Shown here one piece after another: positions 10,094-20,343 of a stretch of DNA of 64,000 nucleotides (the first letter of the stretch is position 1; every line of letters begins with the position of its first letter). The notes beneath the pieces were generated by a model, which saw only the letters and a list, made by a program, of their open reading frames with translations, searched no databases and had not been told where the DNA came from. This DNA is from an uncultured virus (IMG/VR IMGVR_UViG_3300032293_002550) (Duplodnaviria; Heunggongvirae; Uroviricota; Caudoviricetes): IMG/VR virus record IMGVR_UViG_3300032293_002550, one strand, 5' to 3'. Both the position numbers and the translations under genes were made by a program.

Positions 10094-11110
10094 TCAATTT
10101 ATTTTATGCCTAATCATCTCCTCTAAAATTTCTTCTAGAGTTGTTTTTGACTCCCATCCAAGAATTTGTTTCGCTTTTTGGGAATCTCCTACAAGCAAAT
10201 CGACCTCAGATGGTCTAAAATATTTAGGCTCAACATAGACTATCGTCTGCCCAGTTTGTTGATCTATTCCTATTTCGTTAAGGCCCTCTCCTCTCCACTC
10301 AATTGACGTTCCAAGAATATTTGCAGTGTACTCAACTATTTTACGAATGGTGTGCGTTTTTCCTGTTGCTAAGACAAAGTCATCAGGTGAATCCTGTTGT
10401 AACATTCTCCACATTCCCTCAACATATTCTTTGGCGTGACCAATATCTCTTTGAGAGTTAAGGTTACCTAAAGAAAACGATTTTATCCTCTTGTTATGAA
10501 TGATATCGACTAAAGAATCTACTATCTTCTTCTCAACAAAGTTCTCACCCCTTCTTGGAGAGGTATGATTGAAAAGAATCCCATTACAAGCAAACAAATT
10601 ATATGCTTCTCTGTAATTTTTAATTATCCAAAATCCATAAAGCTTAGCAACACCGTATGGTGATCTTGGATAAAAAGGGGTTTTCTCATTCTGTGGAATC
10701 TCCTGAACCATTCCATAAAGTTCAGAGGTTGAAGCTTGATACAGTTTAGTTTTTGGTGAATGTGATCTAATAGCTTCTAATACATTCAATGTACCTATAG
10801 CATCCACCTGCCCAGTATAATAAGGTATTTCAAAAGAAATCTTTACGTGGCTTTGTGCTGCAAGGTTGTAAAATTCCTCAGGTTTAATCTCTGCAATCAG
10901 ATTGCTAACAGAAACAGGATCGGTGATATCTGCATAATGCCAATGAAAATCAGGATTGTTTCTTAGGTGATCTATTCTTCTAGTATTAAATGAAGAGGAT
11001 CTACGGATAGTTCCGTGGACCTCATATCCTTTATCAAGTAGCAATTCAGCAAGATAGCTTCCGTCTTGCCCATTAATACCCGTGATGATACACTTTTTTT
11101 TATTTTCCAT
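10094..11110 (-). CDS. gmd: GDP-mannose 4,6-dehydratase
   Basis: ITGINGQDGSYLAELLL, YNLAAQSHV, YQASTSELYG, FYPRSPYGVAKLY. Confidence 0.97.
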   Translation of the reverse strand: MENKKKCIITGINGQDGSYLAELLLDKGYEVHGTIRRSSSFNTRRIDHLRNNPDFHWHYADITDPVSVSNLIAEIKPEEFYNLAAQSHVKISFEIPYYTGQVDAIGTLNVLEAIRSHSPKTKLYQASTSELYGMVQEIPQNEKTPFYPRSPYGVAKLYGFWIIKNYREAYNLFACNGILFNHTSPRRGENFVEKKIVDSLVDIIHNKRIKSFSLGNLNSQRDIGHAKEYVEGMWRMLQQDSPDDFVLATGKTHTIRKIVEYTANILGTSIEWRGEGLNEIGIDQQTGQTIVYVEPKYFRPSEVDLLVGDSQKAKQILGWESKTTLEEILEEMIRHKIN

Positions 11111-12029
11111 ACATTTCTTTATAGTAAGAATATGTTTTTTTGATTCCTTCTTCTAAGGAGTATTTTGGCTCCCATCCCATTTCAAATATTCTGGATGAGT
11201 CCATTACTTTTCTCATAGTTCCGTCAGGGTATGTGCTATTAAAAATAACATCTCCTGTATACCCAACTTCATTTTGAATATAGTGTGCTAGAAGCTTAAT
11301 TGATAAGTCAGACCCAGATCCGACATTTATTATTTTATCGTCTGAATAATTTTCAGAAAGAAATATAAGGGCATCTGCTAAATCATCAACATATAAAAAT
11401 TCCCTCATTGGTGTACCAGTTCCCCATATTTCAACAAAAGGTTTGTTTTCTATTTTAGCTTCATGAAATTTTCGAATTAAAGCTGGTAATACGTGACTTG
11501 AAGTCAAATCGAAATTATCTCCAGGACCATAAAGATTTGAAGGCATTACTGATATAAAATCACATCCGTATTGTTTTCTATAAGACTGACACATTTTAAT
11601 TCCAGCTATTTTTGCAATAGCATAGGCATCATTTGTCTCCTCTAGAGGTCCAGTCATTAAATATTCCTCCTTTATTGGTTGATCACATTTTTTTGGATAT
11701 ATGCAGGATGATCCAAGAAATACTAGTTTCTTTATACCAGCTAGAAAGCACCCCTCTATAACATTAGTTTGTATTTTTAAATTCTCTGTTATAAAATCAG
11801 CTTTAAAATCATCGTTTGCTTTTATACCACCGACTTTAGCTGCACAAAGAAATACCAAATCCGGATTATTTTTCTTCAAATATTCTAAGGTCTCATTGTA
11901 ATTACAGAGATCCAAATTATTTCTCCTTGGTGCTAATATATTAGCATCGGGATATTTTTCTAAATATTTTTGATAGAGATTAGAACCAACCAATCCAGAA
12001 GATCCTAGTATTAATACATTTTTCGCCAT
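11100..12029 (-). CDS. fcl: GDP-L-fucose synthase
   Basis: GSSGLVGS, AAKVGGI, FLGSSCIYPK, YAIAKIAG, NLYGPGDNF, SHVLPALIRKF, WGTGTPMREFLYVDD. Confidence 0.96.
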   Translation of the reverse strand: MAKNVLILGSSGLVGSNLYQKYLEKYPDANILAPRRNNLDLCNYNETLEYLKKNNPDLVFLCAAKVGGIKANDDFKADFITENLKIQTNVIEGCFLAGIKKLVFLGSSCIYPKKCDQPIKEEYLMTGPLEETNDAYAIAKIAGIKMCQSYRKQYGCDFISVMPSNLYGPGDNFDLTSSHVLPALIRKFHEAKIENKPFVEIWGTGTPMREFLYVDDLADALIFLSENYSDDKIINVGSGSDLSIKLLAHYIQNEVGYTGDVIFNSTYPDGTMRKVMDSSRIFEMGWEPKYSLEEGIKKTYSYYKEMYGK

Positions 12030-12153
12030 ATATCTAGATTATATAATAAATCAAATATTTAGTTCCGAAAGAATGTACAACACAGATATTTTCCCTGTAT
12101 AAGTTTAGTGTTTTAGTATATTATCTATTATTAAAATAAGAAAAAATCCATTT

Positions 12154-12897
12154 CTATCGAGCATGCGGATTTTTCATTATTTTTTTTCTCATAATTAATC
12201 CGTCTATATATTTTTGCTCTTTAACTGCATCTAAAAATATATTATCCTTATTAATCTCTTTTATAAGATCAATTAGATAATCATCTTCGATATCGCATAT
12301 TATATCTTTAATATAATCTATTTTTTTATCATAAATATTACAAAAATGCTTTACCTTAAAGATATCGGGTGAATGGTAATTAGGATTTTTCTCATCTGCC
12401 CATGTACATATAACATTAAAATCTATAGGAATAATCTGCTCATCTTCAGATATTAATAGATTGCTATCCCCACTGCAATCTAATCTGCTAACCCATTCGT
12501 CTATCCAATAAATCCATCCTGGCCACTTTTTTCTGGAAAATTTATTTTCGTTAGTTAATGTTATCCTATTGTGTTCTATTATATTATCAATTAAACAGTA
12601 GAATCTATCTATTAGTTCAATATTATTATTATCATAAATGATAAAATTACTATCTACAGGTTTTCTATAAGGAATTATATTCTCTATTTCTGCTTTTTTA
12701 AGAATATAATCTGTTATCCTATAATAAAAAAGCTCATTAAATACAACCACATCTTTAAAATCTCCATCATATCCTTTTAAAATCTTAATATCTTTACATC
12801 TACTACAAGTAATTTCCCTGCATAATGAAGAATATTTTTTTGTTTTTACGTAATGATGATTACACTCTTCTATCAATTCTATAGAATACTCGCTCAT
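12154..12897 (-). CDS. Putative HipA/PI3-4-kinase-like kinase
   Basis: VFNELFYYRI and IDEWVSRLDCSGDSNLLISEDEQIIPIDF resemble the NE and D-x-N...IDF kinase motifs. The gene is very AT-rich. Confidence 0.5.
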   Translation of the reverse strand: MSEYSIELIEECNHHYVKTKKYSSLCREITCSRCKDIKILKGYDGDFKDVVVFNELFYYRITDYILKKAEIENIIPYRKPVDSNFIIYDNNNIELIDRFYCLIDNIIEHNRITLTNENKFSRKKWPGWIYWIDEWVSRLDCSGDSNLLISEDEQIIPIDFNVICTWADEKNPNYHSPDIFKVKHFCNIYDKKIDYIKDIICDIEDDYLIDLIKEINKDNIFLDAVKEQKYIDGLIMRKKIMKNPHAR

Positions 12898-13477
12898 AAT
12901 TTTTATCCCCCATTGTTTCTTTTATTATCCCTAATTTCTTAGCTTTGTATATCTCATCAGAAAGAGCATCCTCTGATAAATGCCCATCTGCCCCAGTTTC
13001 TAAATAAATAACTTTAGGTGATTTTAATTCTCTCCATATTTTTTTATATCCTAAATATTGGATAATAGCGAAGCAGAATATAGTATCGAATTCTTTTTCC
13101 TTGATCTCTGTGGGTAATCCATTATTAAGATCCCATTTATGCAATTCTATATCTATCGATTTATCTATTTTTTTAATCTCTGATATAAAATCAGAAATTA
13201 TCAGACATTGTCTATCTAATCTTTCGATGCAATCTACTCTTTTAGCACCATTTTCAATGGCCCATATAGACTCCGCTGCAGTTGAAGCTCCCATGTCTAG
13301 AATTCTTTTATCTTTTATATCCAACAGATCAATAAATTTTCTTCTCTCCGGATATCTAATTCCGCTTTTTAGTATTTCACCTTTATATTCTATAGTTTGA
13401 TAAAAGTTAAAATCTTTATGTTTTTCTATTACTTTAATAAGAGCTTCTTTCATATTTATTTTGGTTTTTTTCAACAT
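12860..13477 (-). CDS. Class I SAM-dependent methyltransferase
   Basis: RILDMGASTA, GAKRVDCIE, FDTIFCFAIIQYL. Confidence 0.8.
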   Translation of the reverse strand: MLKKTKINMKEALIKVIEKHKDFNFYQTIEYKGEILKSGIRYPERRKFIDLLDIKDKRILDMGASTAAESIWAIENGAKRVDCIERLDRQCLIISDFISEIKKIDKSIDIELHKWDLNNGLPTEIKEKEFDTIFCFAIIQYLGYKKIWRELKSPKVIYLETGADGHLSEDALSDEIYKAKKLGIIKETMGDKNYERVFYRIDRRV

Positions 13478-13533
13478 TCATATTATACCAAGATCTATCA
13501 ATCCATTTATTTCTTATACTTAAATTAATCCTG

Positions 13534-14109
13534 TTACCTAATTATATAAAGAGTCATATCATTTGGCCTATAATCGTGTCGTAAAACAAATTTGTTTGAT
13601 ATTTTAGACGCCAACAAACAAATTTCGTCTGGACTTGAATATTTCATTTCTTCGTCTTTTGAGCCCATTGATAACACAGACAAGAAATTAACGCCTATTC
13701 CTTTTTTGGATTTGTTGTACATTTCCTTCATGACACTCTCTGCGTTTTCTGTCCAATCTTCTCTGGAGAAACCGAAAATTCCAGAACCGAAAATCCAATC
13801 GTATTCTCTTTCTGTTTCAAAAACCGATTGACACTTGAATACTTTGTTTGGAAACTTTCCTCTTGCTATTTCTATTACAGACTCTCTTAGGTCTATTCCA
13901 TAGTAGTTATCACTAAATTGGCAAAAATCACCATGACCACACCCAACGTCTAGCATTGAATCAGTTCTTGAGAAACCTGGAATTTCAGATAAAATTCTAA
14001 ATCTAGTGAGTTGGGAATTTTCACTTCCCCATCCCAGGGATTTAAAGTCACCAGAATTTCCAAATTTTACAGAATATTTCTGGTCAGTTTCTATCGAGTC
14101 TAAGTTCAT
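13534..14109 (-). CDS. Class I SAM-dependent methyltransferase
   Basis: SLGWGSENSQLTRF, MLDVGCGHGD, YYGIDL, YDWIFGSGIF. Confidence 0.85.
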   Translation of the reverse strand: MNLDSIETDQKYSVKFGNSGDFKSLGWGSENSQLTRFRILSEIPGFSRTDSMLDVGCGHGDFCQFSDNYYGIDLRESVIEIARGKFPNKVFKCQSVFETEREYDWIFGSGIFGFSREDWTENAESVMKEMYNKSKKGIGVNFLSVLSMGSKDEEMKYSSPDEICLLASKISNKFVLRHDYRPNDMTLYIIR

Positions 14110-14110
14110 T

Positions 14111-14893
14111 CTATTTTTTTAAAAATTCTATAATTTTTTCAATAGATCCCTCATCTAAGGGTCTAAGAAAATTACACATGACGTAGTCAAAATTTTCCAA
14201 TCTAGATTGGTCAAATCCCCACCAGCTCCTATCGATCCAATACTTCCTTATATCATAGTTCCTTTCAACGTTCACAACTGGGACTGGATTTTGTTTGATT
14301 AAATATCTTAGTAAAGATTCATCAGAAAATTTCTCAATTGGGACATTTAACACTGACTCTTTTCCATCTATCTTATTTTCTTTCCACTCTTCATAAAGAT
14401 CCCTTATAGTCTTATCATGAGGATTAATTATCCTCTTGAAAGTGCTACCTTTTGCGGTGATATAACCCATAGGGAACTTACCAGAATCATTTGTATGTTG
14501 GTAAACATTCGCTCCCAAGGCCATCAAAAATCCCTCCTGGATTTTTTTTATCACATCCTCTGAGAAAATCTGATTTATATAATTTGATTGTAACGGAATT
14601 GAATCTATATCGTCGATCAAACAAATTCCTTCTTCAAATGTTGAGGCTAGAATCAGTCGAGCCATTTTTCCTTGGCTGGCAGTAGGGACACCGTCGATTA
14701 CAGGAAATATGTGAACGTGACCATGTGATTTCATTTGCATGACAACTTGATCGTCACTTTCTCTGGAGGACACAAATGCACAATGAAGCTCCCTTTCAGG
14801 AAAGAATTTTTTCCATGCCATTGAAACTATAGGCCAAAATTCTCTGAAGTTAGAATCATCTGTACTCACAATAACCCTTTGAAACATATACAA
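14111..14893 (-). CDS. Putative GT-A fold glycosyltransferase (paralogue of 23348-24079)
   Basis: FWPIVSMAW, DDIDSIPL (DxD), KFPMGY, SDE, IDRSWW. Confidence 0.55.
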   Translation of the reverse strand: MYMFQRVIVSTDDSNFREFWPIVSMAWKKFFPERELHCAFVSSRESDDQVVMQMKSHGHVHIFPVIDGVPTASQGKMARLILASTFEEGICLIDDIDSIPLQSNYINQIFSEDVIKKIQEGFLMALGANVYQHTNDSGKFPMGYITAKGSTFKRIINPHDKTIRDLYEEWKENKIDGKESVLNVPIEKFSDESLLRYLIKQNPVPVVNVERNYDIRKYWIDRSWWGFDQSRLENFDYVMCNFLRPLDEGSIEKIIEFLKK

Positions 14894-14908
14894 ACGCTTA
14901 TACTTGTT

Positions 14909-15535
14909 CTAAATTTTTATAAATTTTTTGCCCTGCAGATCTCTAGAATGATGAAAGTGCGGGAGTGCCAATTCGGATTCGACCAAAATGGAGGGTAGTA
15001 TTTTTTCAAATTCTTTTTTTACAAAAATTAAATTTATAAAGTGATTTTCAGCATATAAGTAATAACCCTTTGATTCTCCTTATTCCTTCAAAGCCTTGTA
15101 AGAAGCACTATAAGCGTAAGATTGATTCCATAAATAATTGGGATCATATTCTAATACCACAGCTTCATCAATCGAGAAATTAGAATTGTATTCAATCACC
15201 ACAACATTAACATCACGATTTATATTCTTCCAAACCCAATAGTCATTCCCATCAATATCTATACTCAATAGGTCTATTTTCGAAGGAACTGAATACTTGT
15301 CAAATAGGTCGTTTATGTTTTCTGCAGTAATAAATTCTTTTACTACACCATTTGCTGCCTTGTCACCTCCTTCCATTTGCAAGCTTTTCCAACCCTCTTC
15401 GATAAACATTCTTATGTTGGAATACCAAAATCCATCGGATGCTCCGAACTCTACCGCAAAATTATTGTGAGTTCCGATCTTCGAAAAGATGTCTTTTAGC
15501 ATGATACTTTCTTTGTTTTGTGAATAGTCTGCCAT
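14909..15535 (-). pseudogene. FkbM-like methyltransferase interrupted by an in-frame TAA at 15080-15082
   Basis: VEFGASDG, LLSIDIDGNDYWVW, IEYN. After KALKE* the frame continues GESKGYYLYAENHFINLIFVKK...KFIKI to TAG at 14909, collinear with paralogue 18509-19240. Confidence 0.7.
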
Positions 15536-15539
15536 GTTT

Positions 15540-16136
15540 TTATTTTTTGGTTTGATTTAATTTTTGCAAGATTGGAACGTTTTCCATTTCTTCACTCTTT
15601 TGAAACTCAATGCCTAGTCCAGAATTTGTGAAAGAATTTAAATCCAAATAATTTTTTCCGGAAATGCCAGAAAGATATTCATCTCCATTGTAAGCTTGAC
15701 AAATTTCTATGATTCTGTCTGTGGATTTTTTCGATGTCGGAAAATCAAAAACTACTTTTGTTTTAATTTGAAGTAGCTCTTTTATTCTAAGAATTATAGA
15801 TATATTAGTCTCTACTAAGCTTTGGCTAATACAATCATCAAACTTGTCAAGGATATGTCTGAAATTTGGTAGTTTATTCTTTATTGTCAACCAATCTTTT
15901 TCGTGATTCAAATATCTCTTGGAAATAATTAGATCCCCGTGAGATGAGTTTTCCTGAACTACGGTCCCTCTATTTACCGACATTGTATAAAATTTGTCAC
16001 CAATATTGAATCGATTTTGATAGTTTCTTTTTTCGTATTGACAATGGTACATCAATACAAACACGTCACATGCTTCCATTTTTTGAAAGAACGGATAATA
16101 TGGAAAGAAATTAGGTTGATGTAAAGATATTTTCAT
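15540..16136 (-). CDS. WbqC-like protein
   Basis: HQPNFFPYYPFFQKM, YQNR, YLSGISGKNYL. Confidence 0.85.
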   Translation of the reverse strand: MKISLHQPNFFPYYPFFQKMEACDVFVLMYHCQYEKRNYQNRFNIGDKFYTMSVNRGTVVQENSSHGDLIISKRYLNHEKDWLTIKNKLPNFRHILDKFDDCISQSLVETNISIILRIKELLQIKTKVVFDFPTSKKSTDRIIEICQAYNGDEYLSGISGKNYLDLNSFTNSGLGIEFQKSEEMENVPILQKLNQTKK

Positions 16137-16456
16137 TTATCTTTTATGTATAGTGCATCCCCCCATGTTCCTCCACAAAAATCTGTTTCTACCCGAGAAA
16201 ATCCCAAATTAGATAAAAAAAGGTCCAGTTCCGAAACTAGAGAACAATTTTCATAAAGTTCGGCCTGGTTGATTTCGGTTAGCACATAATTGATAGTGTT
16301 CAATGATTTTGTTGCCCCTTTAAGCACGTTTAACTCAAATCCGTTTCTTACAATAGGGATACTATTTTGTTCTAGAATCCCAACAAATCTATCCCATTCA
16401 ATCATTTCCTCTTTGGTGATGAAGAAATCTCTTAATTTCATTTTTAATTGAACCAT
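16133..16456 (-). pseudogene. FkbM-family methyltransferase fragment lacking the SAM-binding N-terminal part
   Basis: C-terminal GFELNVLKGA...YVLTEINQAELYENC...WGDALY is present, but there is no glycine-rich SAM-binding motif. Confidence 0.55.
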
Positions 16457-17001
16457 TTTGTAAATAATTCAAACTTTATCTCCCTTGCATGTAGGTACCA
16501 CAGATTATGAGAGTCATCATAATTATTGTATTCAATAGATTTCCATCCATCTTCAAATTTTATTAGTTCAATCCCGTTTTGGTTACAAATAGATTCTGTA
16601 TGGTGATTCCATTTATTAAACGGTGGAACGAAAATTTTAGATTTACAAAGAGAACAACTCACCAGAATGCTCATTTCCTGAGCAGATTTCTTGAGCAAGC
16701 GGTGGTCCACGTGTATCATCGCATGTGATGCTACTTTAGCTTTTGGATGTAAGTTGGGAATTCCAAGTTTGTCCACTTCATAAAAAACTTTGTAATCTGA
16801 ATGAGCATTAAGAATTTTGGGAAAAATTCTTTGCTTAGTTGTTTCATTGGTTTCATTGTCCATGTTGTGAACCAAAGGAGAAACTGCCCAGATAACGTCA
16901 CAAGTCTCAAATCTATCGAACAAGAAGTCAGTCATTTTCCACACTGTCTCCATATCTGCATTGATGCAGACATCATCAAATCTAAATATTTTCTTTGTCA
17001 T
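16444..17001 (-). CDS. Polysaccharide deacetylase-like protein
   Basis: IFRFDDV, ASHAMIHVDH, FVPPFNKWN, YLH. Confidence 0.65.
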   Translation of the reverse strand: MTKKIFRFDDVCINADMETVWKMTDFLFDRFETCDVIWAVSPLVHNMDNETNETTKQRIFPKILNAHSDYKVFYEVDKLGIPNLHPKAKVASHAMIHVDHRLLKKSAQEMSILVSCSLCKSKIFVPPFNKWNHHTESICNQNGIELIKFEDGWKSIEYNNYDDSHNLWYLHAREIKFELFTKWFN

Positions 17002-17834
17002 ATTTTTTCAATTAGTTGCTTGACTCTAATTTTATAGGTATGGGATTTAGAAAACTCAAGCCCGTTTTTTGATATTCTTTTTATTCTTTCATCGTCGTGG
17101 AGTAGATCACCAAGTATTGAATCAATTTCATTTTCATTTTTGTACAAAAGACAATTATGATTATGGATGAAACCTAGTCTCTCATAATCCAAATGGAAGT
17201 TAGTGAGCAAAGCCGTTCCAGAACCTATTGTTTCAAAATTTCTATAATTGATATCATTGAAGATATTTTTGTTAAAGTGTATTTTATATTCGTTTATTGT
17301 TCTTACCATTGAATCACCTATCACAAAGATATCCTGTTTCAGTCCCCACTTAGACGAAAGCCTATCTAATAGCTCTTTTCTGTTCACGTAATTTCCACAA
17401 AACCCTAGAAAATGTGTTTTTGTGGATTCTAGATTCTTTATCAGATCGTCATCAAAAGAATTTGGAAACCAGATATGATATGGTTTTTTTACGAAGTCGT
17501 GAGATGAGTGGAGTAGATAATCATATCTTCCAGTTTCGAAAGTGCTTTCATATACTCCCTCACCCCTACAATGAGCATCAATACTCCAAAGTATTTTCTT
17601 GGGTTTTTTATAGAATGATAAATCTGGGACCCACCCGATGTAGTCGTAATTTTCAATGTTAAAAATTAAATCATAAGAATCCCAGTCCGGAATTTGATTA
17701 TAATTTGGATGACCCAAACCCCAAACGTCACAAGAATGTCCATTAAATATGAATGCTCTCTGTAGACTTAGACATTCTCTGTAATTCCTGTTTGCTTCAT
17801 GTCTTCCGGCTTCTTGTATTACAATTATCTTCAC
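16998..17834 (-). CDS. Glycosyltransferase (GT-B, CgeB-like)
   Basis: LGFCGN, IHFNKNIFNDINYRNFETIGSGTALLTN, HTYKIRV. Confidence 0.8.
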   Translation of the reverse strand: MKIIVIQEAGRHEANRNYRECLSLQRAFIFNGHSCDVWGLGHPNYNQIPDWDSYDLIFNIENYDYIGWVPDLSFYKKPKKILWSIDAHCRGEGVYESTFETGRYDYLLHSSHDFVKKPYHIWFPNSFDDDLIKNLESTKTHFLGFCGNYVNRKELLDRLSSKWGLKQDIFVIGDSMVRTINEYKIHFNKNIFNDINYRNFETIGSGTALLTNFHLDYERLGFIHNHNCLLYKNENEIDSILGDLLHDDERIKRISKNGLEFSKSHTYKIRVKQLIEKI

Positions 17835-17836
17835 TT

Positions 17837-18505
17837 TTATTTTTCTAAATATTTCCTTAAAATCTCCGAGTTTTCTTTCACTGGATTATCATCTTCGTCA
17901 TATTGTTGTCCAACAAAATCATCATAATTTTTTCTAGGGTAGGGGAATTTGTTTCCACTAAAAAATTCATCATGAATGAAACTGTGGTCCTTCACCAAGG
18001 GCCAAATGTTTTCTCTCAAGTATCTCTGGTCTTCTTGATACTCATCTTTATATGTTGCAATTTCATTTAAGGTGAGTTGTTTTCCTAAGTCAATCTTTTT
18101 ATTTTTAACTCCCCACATCCCTCCAAGAATTTCTGTGTTGTGGTAAGGATGGTCTCTCATTATATGGAAGGCTTTATCACTTGCGAGCCATTCATGGACC
18201 GCCAAAGCTTCTCTCTCTGAAAGCCTGGAATCACAATCCCTGATAAGAGTAACATCATATGCTGTATCAAATGCAGGAAGAAATCTCCAAAAAAGTCCTC
18301 TTCTCTCATCCTGAGAATCGACCTTGATAATTGTGGAGTTGGGGAAACTCTCTAGATTGTGTACCAAATCTGGGTTCGAATCAGATCTAATGTAGAATAG
18401 GCACGTCCAATCGCCATACCAAACCTGAGCTAATTCACAGTTTCTGTAAGCCCCTTTAAAATACTTCTCGTCATGCCCCCACAGGGAAAAGGAAATTATT
18501 TTCAT
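17837..18505 (-). CDS. Putative glycosyltransferase (DxD)
   Basis: IISFSLWG, FWRFLP, IRDCDSR, FHIMRDHPYH, ILGGMWG. Confidence 0.6.
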   Translation of the reverse strand: MKIISFSLWGHDEKYFKGAYRNCELAQVWYGDWTCLFYIRSDSNPDLVHNLESFPNSTIIKVDSQDERRGLFWRFLPAFDTAYDVTLIRDCDSRLSEREALAVHEWLASDKAFHIMRDHPYHNTEILGGMWGVKNKKIDLGKQLTLNEIATYKDEYQEDQRYLRENIWPLVKDHSFIHDEFFSGNKFPYPRKNYDDFVGQQYDEDDNPVKENSEILRKYLEK

Positions 18506-18508
18506 TTT

Positions 18509-19240
18509 TTAGTAGGGGATTAGTTCTCTTCCAGGTTTTATAGGCCACACTCTAGTGATTGGGATTTCTGAAAGACTATATTCATAAAAAGAATCGCTTA
18601 ACTCAGACTTACAAAAAACTAAGTTCAATCCCTCAGTGAAGCCAACGAGTTTGTAGTTTTTCTCATCAGCCAGTTTTTTAAATGCTCCGGCAGTGGCGCT
18701 GTAATAAGCGTCGAGTTGATGTGTATGATTCTTATCGTATGCTATGGTCAAACTGGATGTTGAATCGTAATTTGGATTGTATTCAACGATGACTACTTTC
18801 GGCTCGTATTCATTCAAAGATTTCCAAACCCAAAGGTCATTCCCGTCAATGTCAATCGATAAGAAGTCAAAATTTTTCTTGAGCTTGGTTTTTTTCAAAA
18901 GACTATCAAGGGACGTGTCTCCTTCACAAGTTATGAAGGATTCTATCACCTGGATGTTTTTGTATTCTTTGACATTGTGTTTAATATTTTCTATGAAAGT
19001 GGTATTGGCTTCTATCAAGACTCCTCCCCATCCTTCTTCACGAAGTTTTCTTGTATTGCAATAGGTCATGCCATCAAAGGCACCAAATTCACAGAAACTA
19101 CCTTTCTTAATTTTGAGAGTCTGGAACAATTTTTCAATAATTCCATCCTCTCCAGTTTGGGAATAGACGCTTTTTCTGAAGTTATTTAATTTATACATGT
19201 TTTTATTTTTTTTGAAATCTGAGATCTGTATAGTTGCCAT
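18509..19240 (-). CDS. FkbM-like methyltransferase (probable start MYKLNN)
   Basis: YSQTGEDGII, CEFGAFDG, FLSIDIDGNDLWVW, VEYN. Confidence 0.8.
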   Translation of the reverse strand: MATIQISDFKKNKNMYKLNNFRKSVYSQTGEDGIIEKLFQTLKIKKGSFCEFGAFDGMTYCNTRKLREEGWGGVLIEANTTFIENIKHNVKEYKNIQVIESFITCEGDTSLDSLLKKTKLKKNFDFLSIDIDGNDLWVWKSLNEYEPKVVIVEYNPNYDSTSSLTIAYDKNHTHQLDAYYSATAGAFKKLADEKNYKLVGFTEGLNLVFCKSELSDSFYEYSLSEIPITRVWPIKPGRELIPY

Positions 19241-19763
19241 CTATTGATTCACTAACAAAGTCAAATCCTCTCTTTGTAACATATTCTATAACATCGTTTC
19301 TTTTTACCTCGTCCACGTAGGTATCTTCATCTGTTATGAATGCTTCTATTAAGAGATGTGCACAAATTCCAAGTTTATCACCCATGCTCTTCAAAACATC
19401 CAAATCTGATCCTTGAGCATCAGTTTTCAAAGTATGAATGTGTTGTAGGGACATTTCAGTACAAAAGGTATCTAATCTTTTGGTTGGGACTGTGATCTTT
19501 TCCTTTGTGATGTATCTTTTGTCTACGAATTCTTTCAATGAGCAAGTTGCCAGATTCTCGTTTATGTAGAAATCTGAAAATCCATCCACTTCAGAAATAG
19601 CATATGGAAACACTTTGAAATTTTTCAATCTTGATTCGTGAATTTTAAGGTCCTCGTAAAGATGTGGAATAGGTTCAAAAGCATAGACAAAATTCTTGGG
19701 GTCTTTTGTCCAAATAAATGAGTAATAGCCAACATGGCAACCAACGTCGATGAAAATGTTCAT
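19203..19763 (-). CDS. FkbM family methyltransferase
   Basis: FIDVGCHVG, VYAFEP, LKTDAQGSDLDVL. Confidence 0.9.
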   Translation of the reverse strand: MNIFIDVGCHVGYYSFIWTKDPKNFVYAFEPIPHLYEDLKIHESRLKNFKVFPYAISEVDGFSDFYINENLATCSLKEFVDKRYITKEKITVPTKRLDTFCTEMSLQHIHTLKTDAQGSDLDVLKSMGDKLGICAHLLIEAFITDEDTYVDEVKRNDVIEYVTKRGFDFVSESIDGNYTDLRFQKK

Positions 19764-19768
19764 AGTGT

Positions 19769-20335
19769 TTATTTTTTAGGTAATATGAATATACATCCCC
19801 TCATATTTAAGGTAGAGTATGTGTTATATTCGATTTCGTAGCCTTCTGGACCATAAATTGCTTCAATTTTTGTCTTGATCCAATCCCATTCATATACTAT
19901 GTTTTGGTCAGGATAAACATCATATCCTAAGTCTAGTCTTGAGGGAACCTTGAAGTCGTGAATAGCTAACACCGGTTTGGTACCAGATTCCTTGATTCTA
20001 TCAAGTTCTCTTAGAACGGGATTGGCATACCAATGGGCATCCAGAAAAATAATGCAATTTTTTCCCTTCGAATCAGCAAGAAACTTAACCAAGAATTCAG
20101 TGCTGTTCCCAAGAAAACTGTTTATGTTCGGATAGTTTAAAATTTGTTGCTTGGCTATTTCAAGGTACCTCTTGTCATATTCGACGGTATACACTGTGTC
20201 AAAGTTTTGTGCTAACCATATTGTTGTGTCCCCATGATATGTTCCTGTCTCTATTGCGACAGAAATTTGGTATTCATCTTTCAACTGCAAGAATCTCTCT
20301 GCTAGTTTTATGTCAGTGTTAAAAGCTTTGCTCAT
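19769..20335 (-). CDS. SAM-dependent methyltransferase
   Basis: IETGTYHGDT, VYTVE, LGNS, IFLDAHW. Confidence 0.8.
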   Translation of the reverse strand: MSKAFNTDIKLAERFLQLKDEYQISVAIETGTYHGDTTIWLAQNFDTVYTVEYDKRYLEIAKQQILNYPNINSFLGNSTEFLVKFLADSKGKNCIIFLDAHWYANPVLRELDRIKESGTKPVLAIHDFKVPSRLDLGYDVYPDQNIVYEWDWIKTKIEAIYGPEGYEIEYNTYSTLNMRGCIFILPKK

Positions 20336-20343
20336 TTTGTTTT

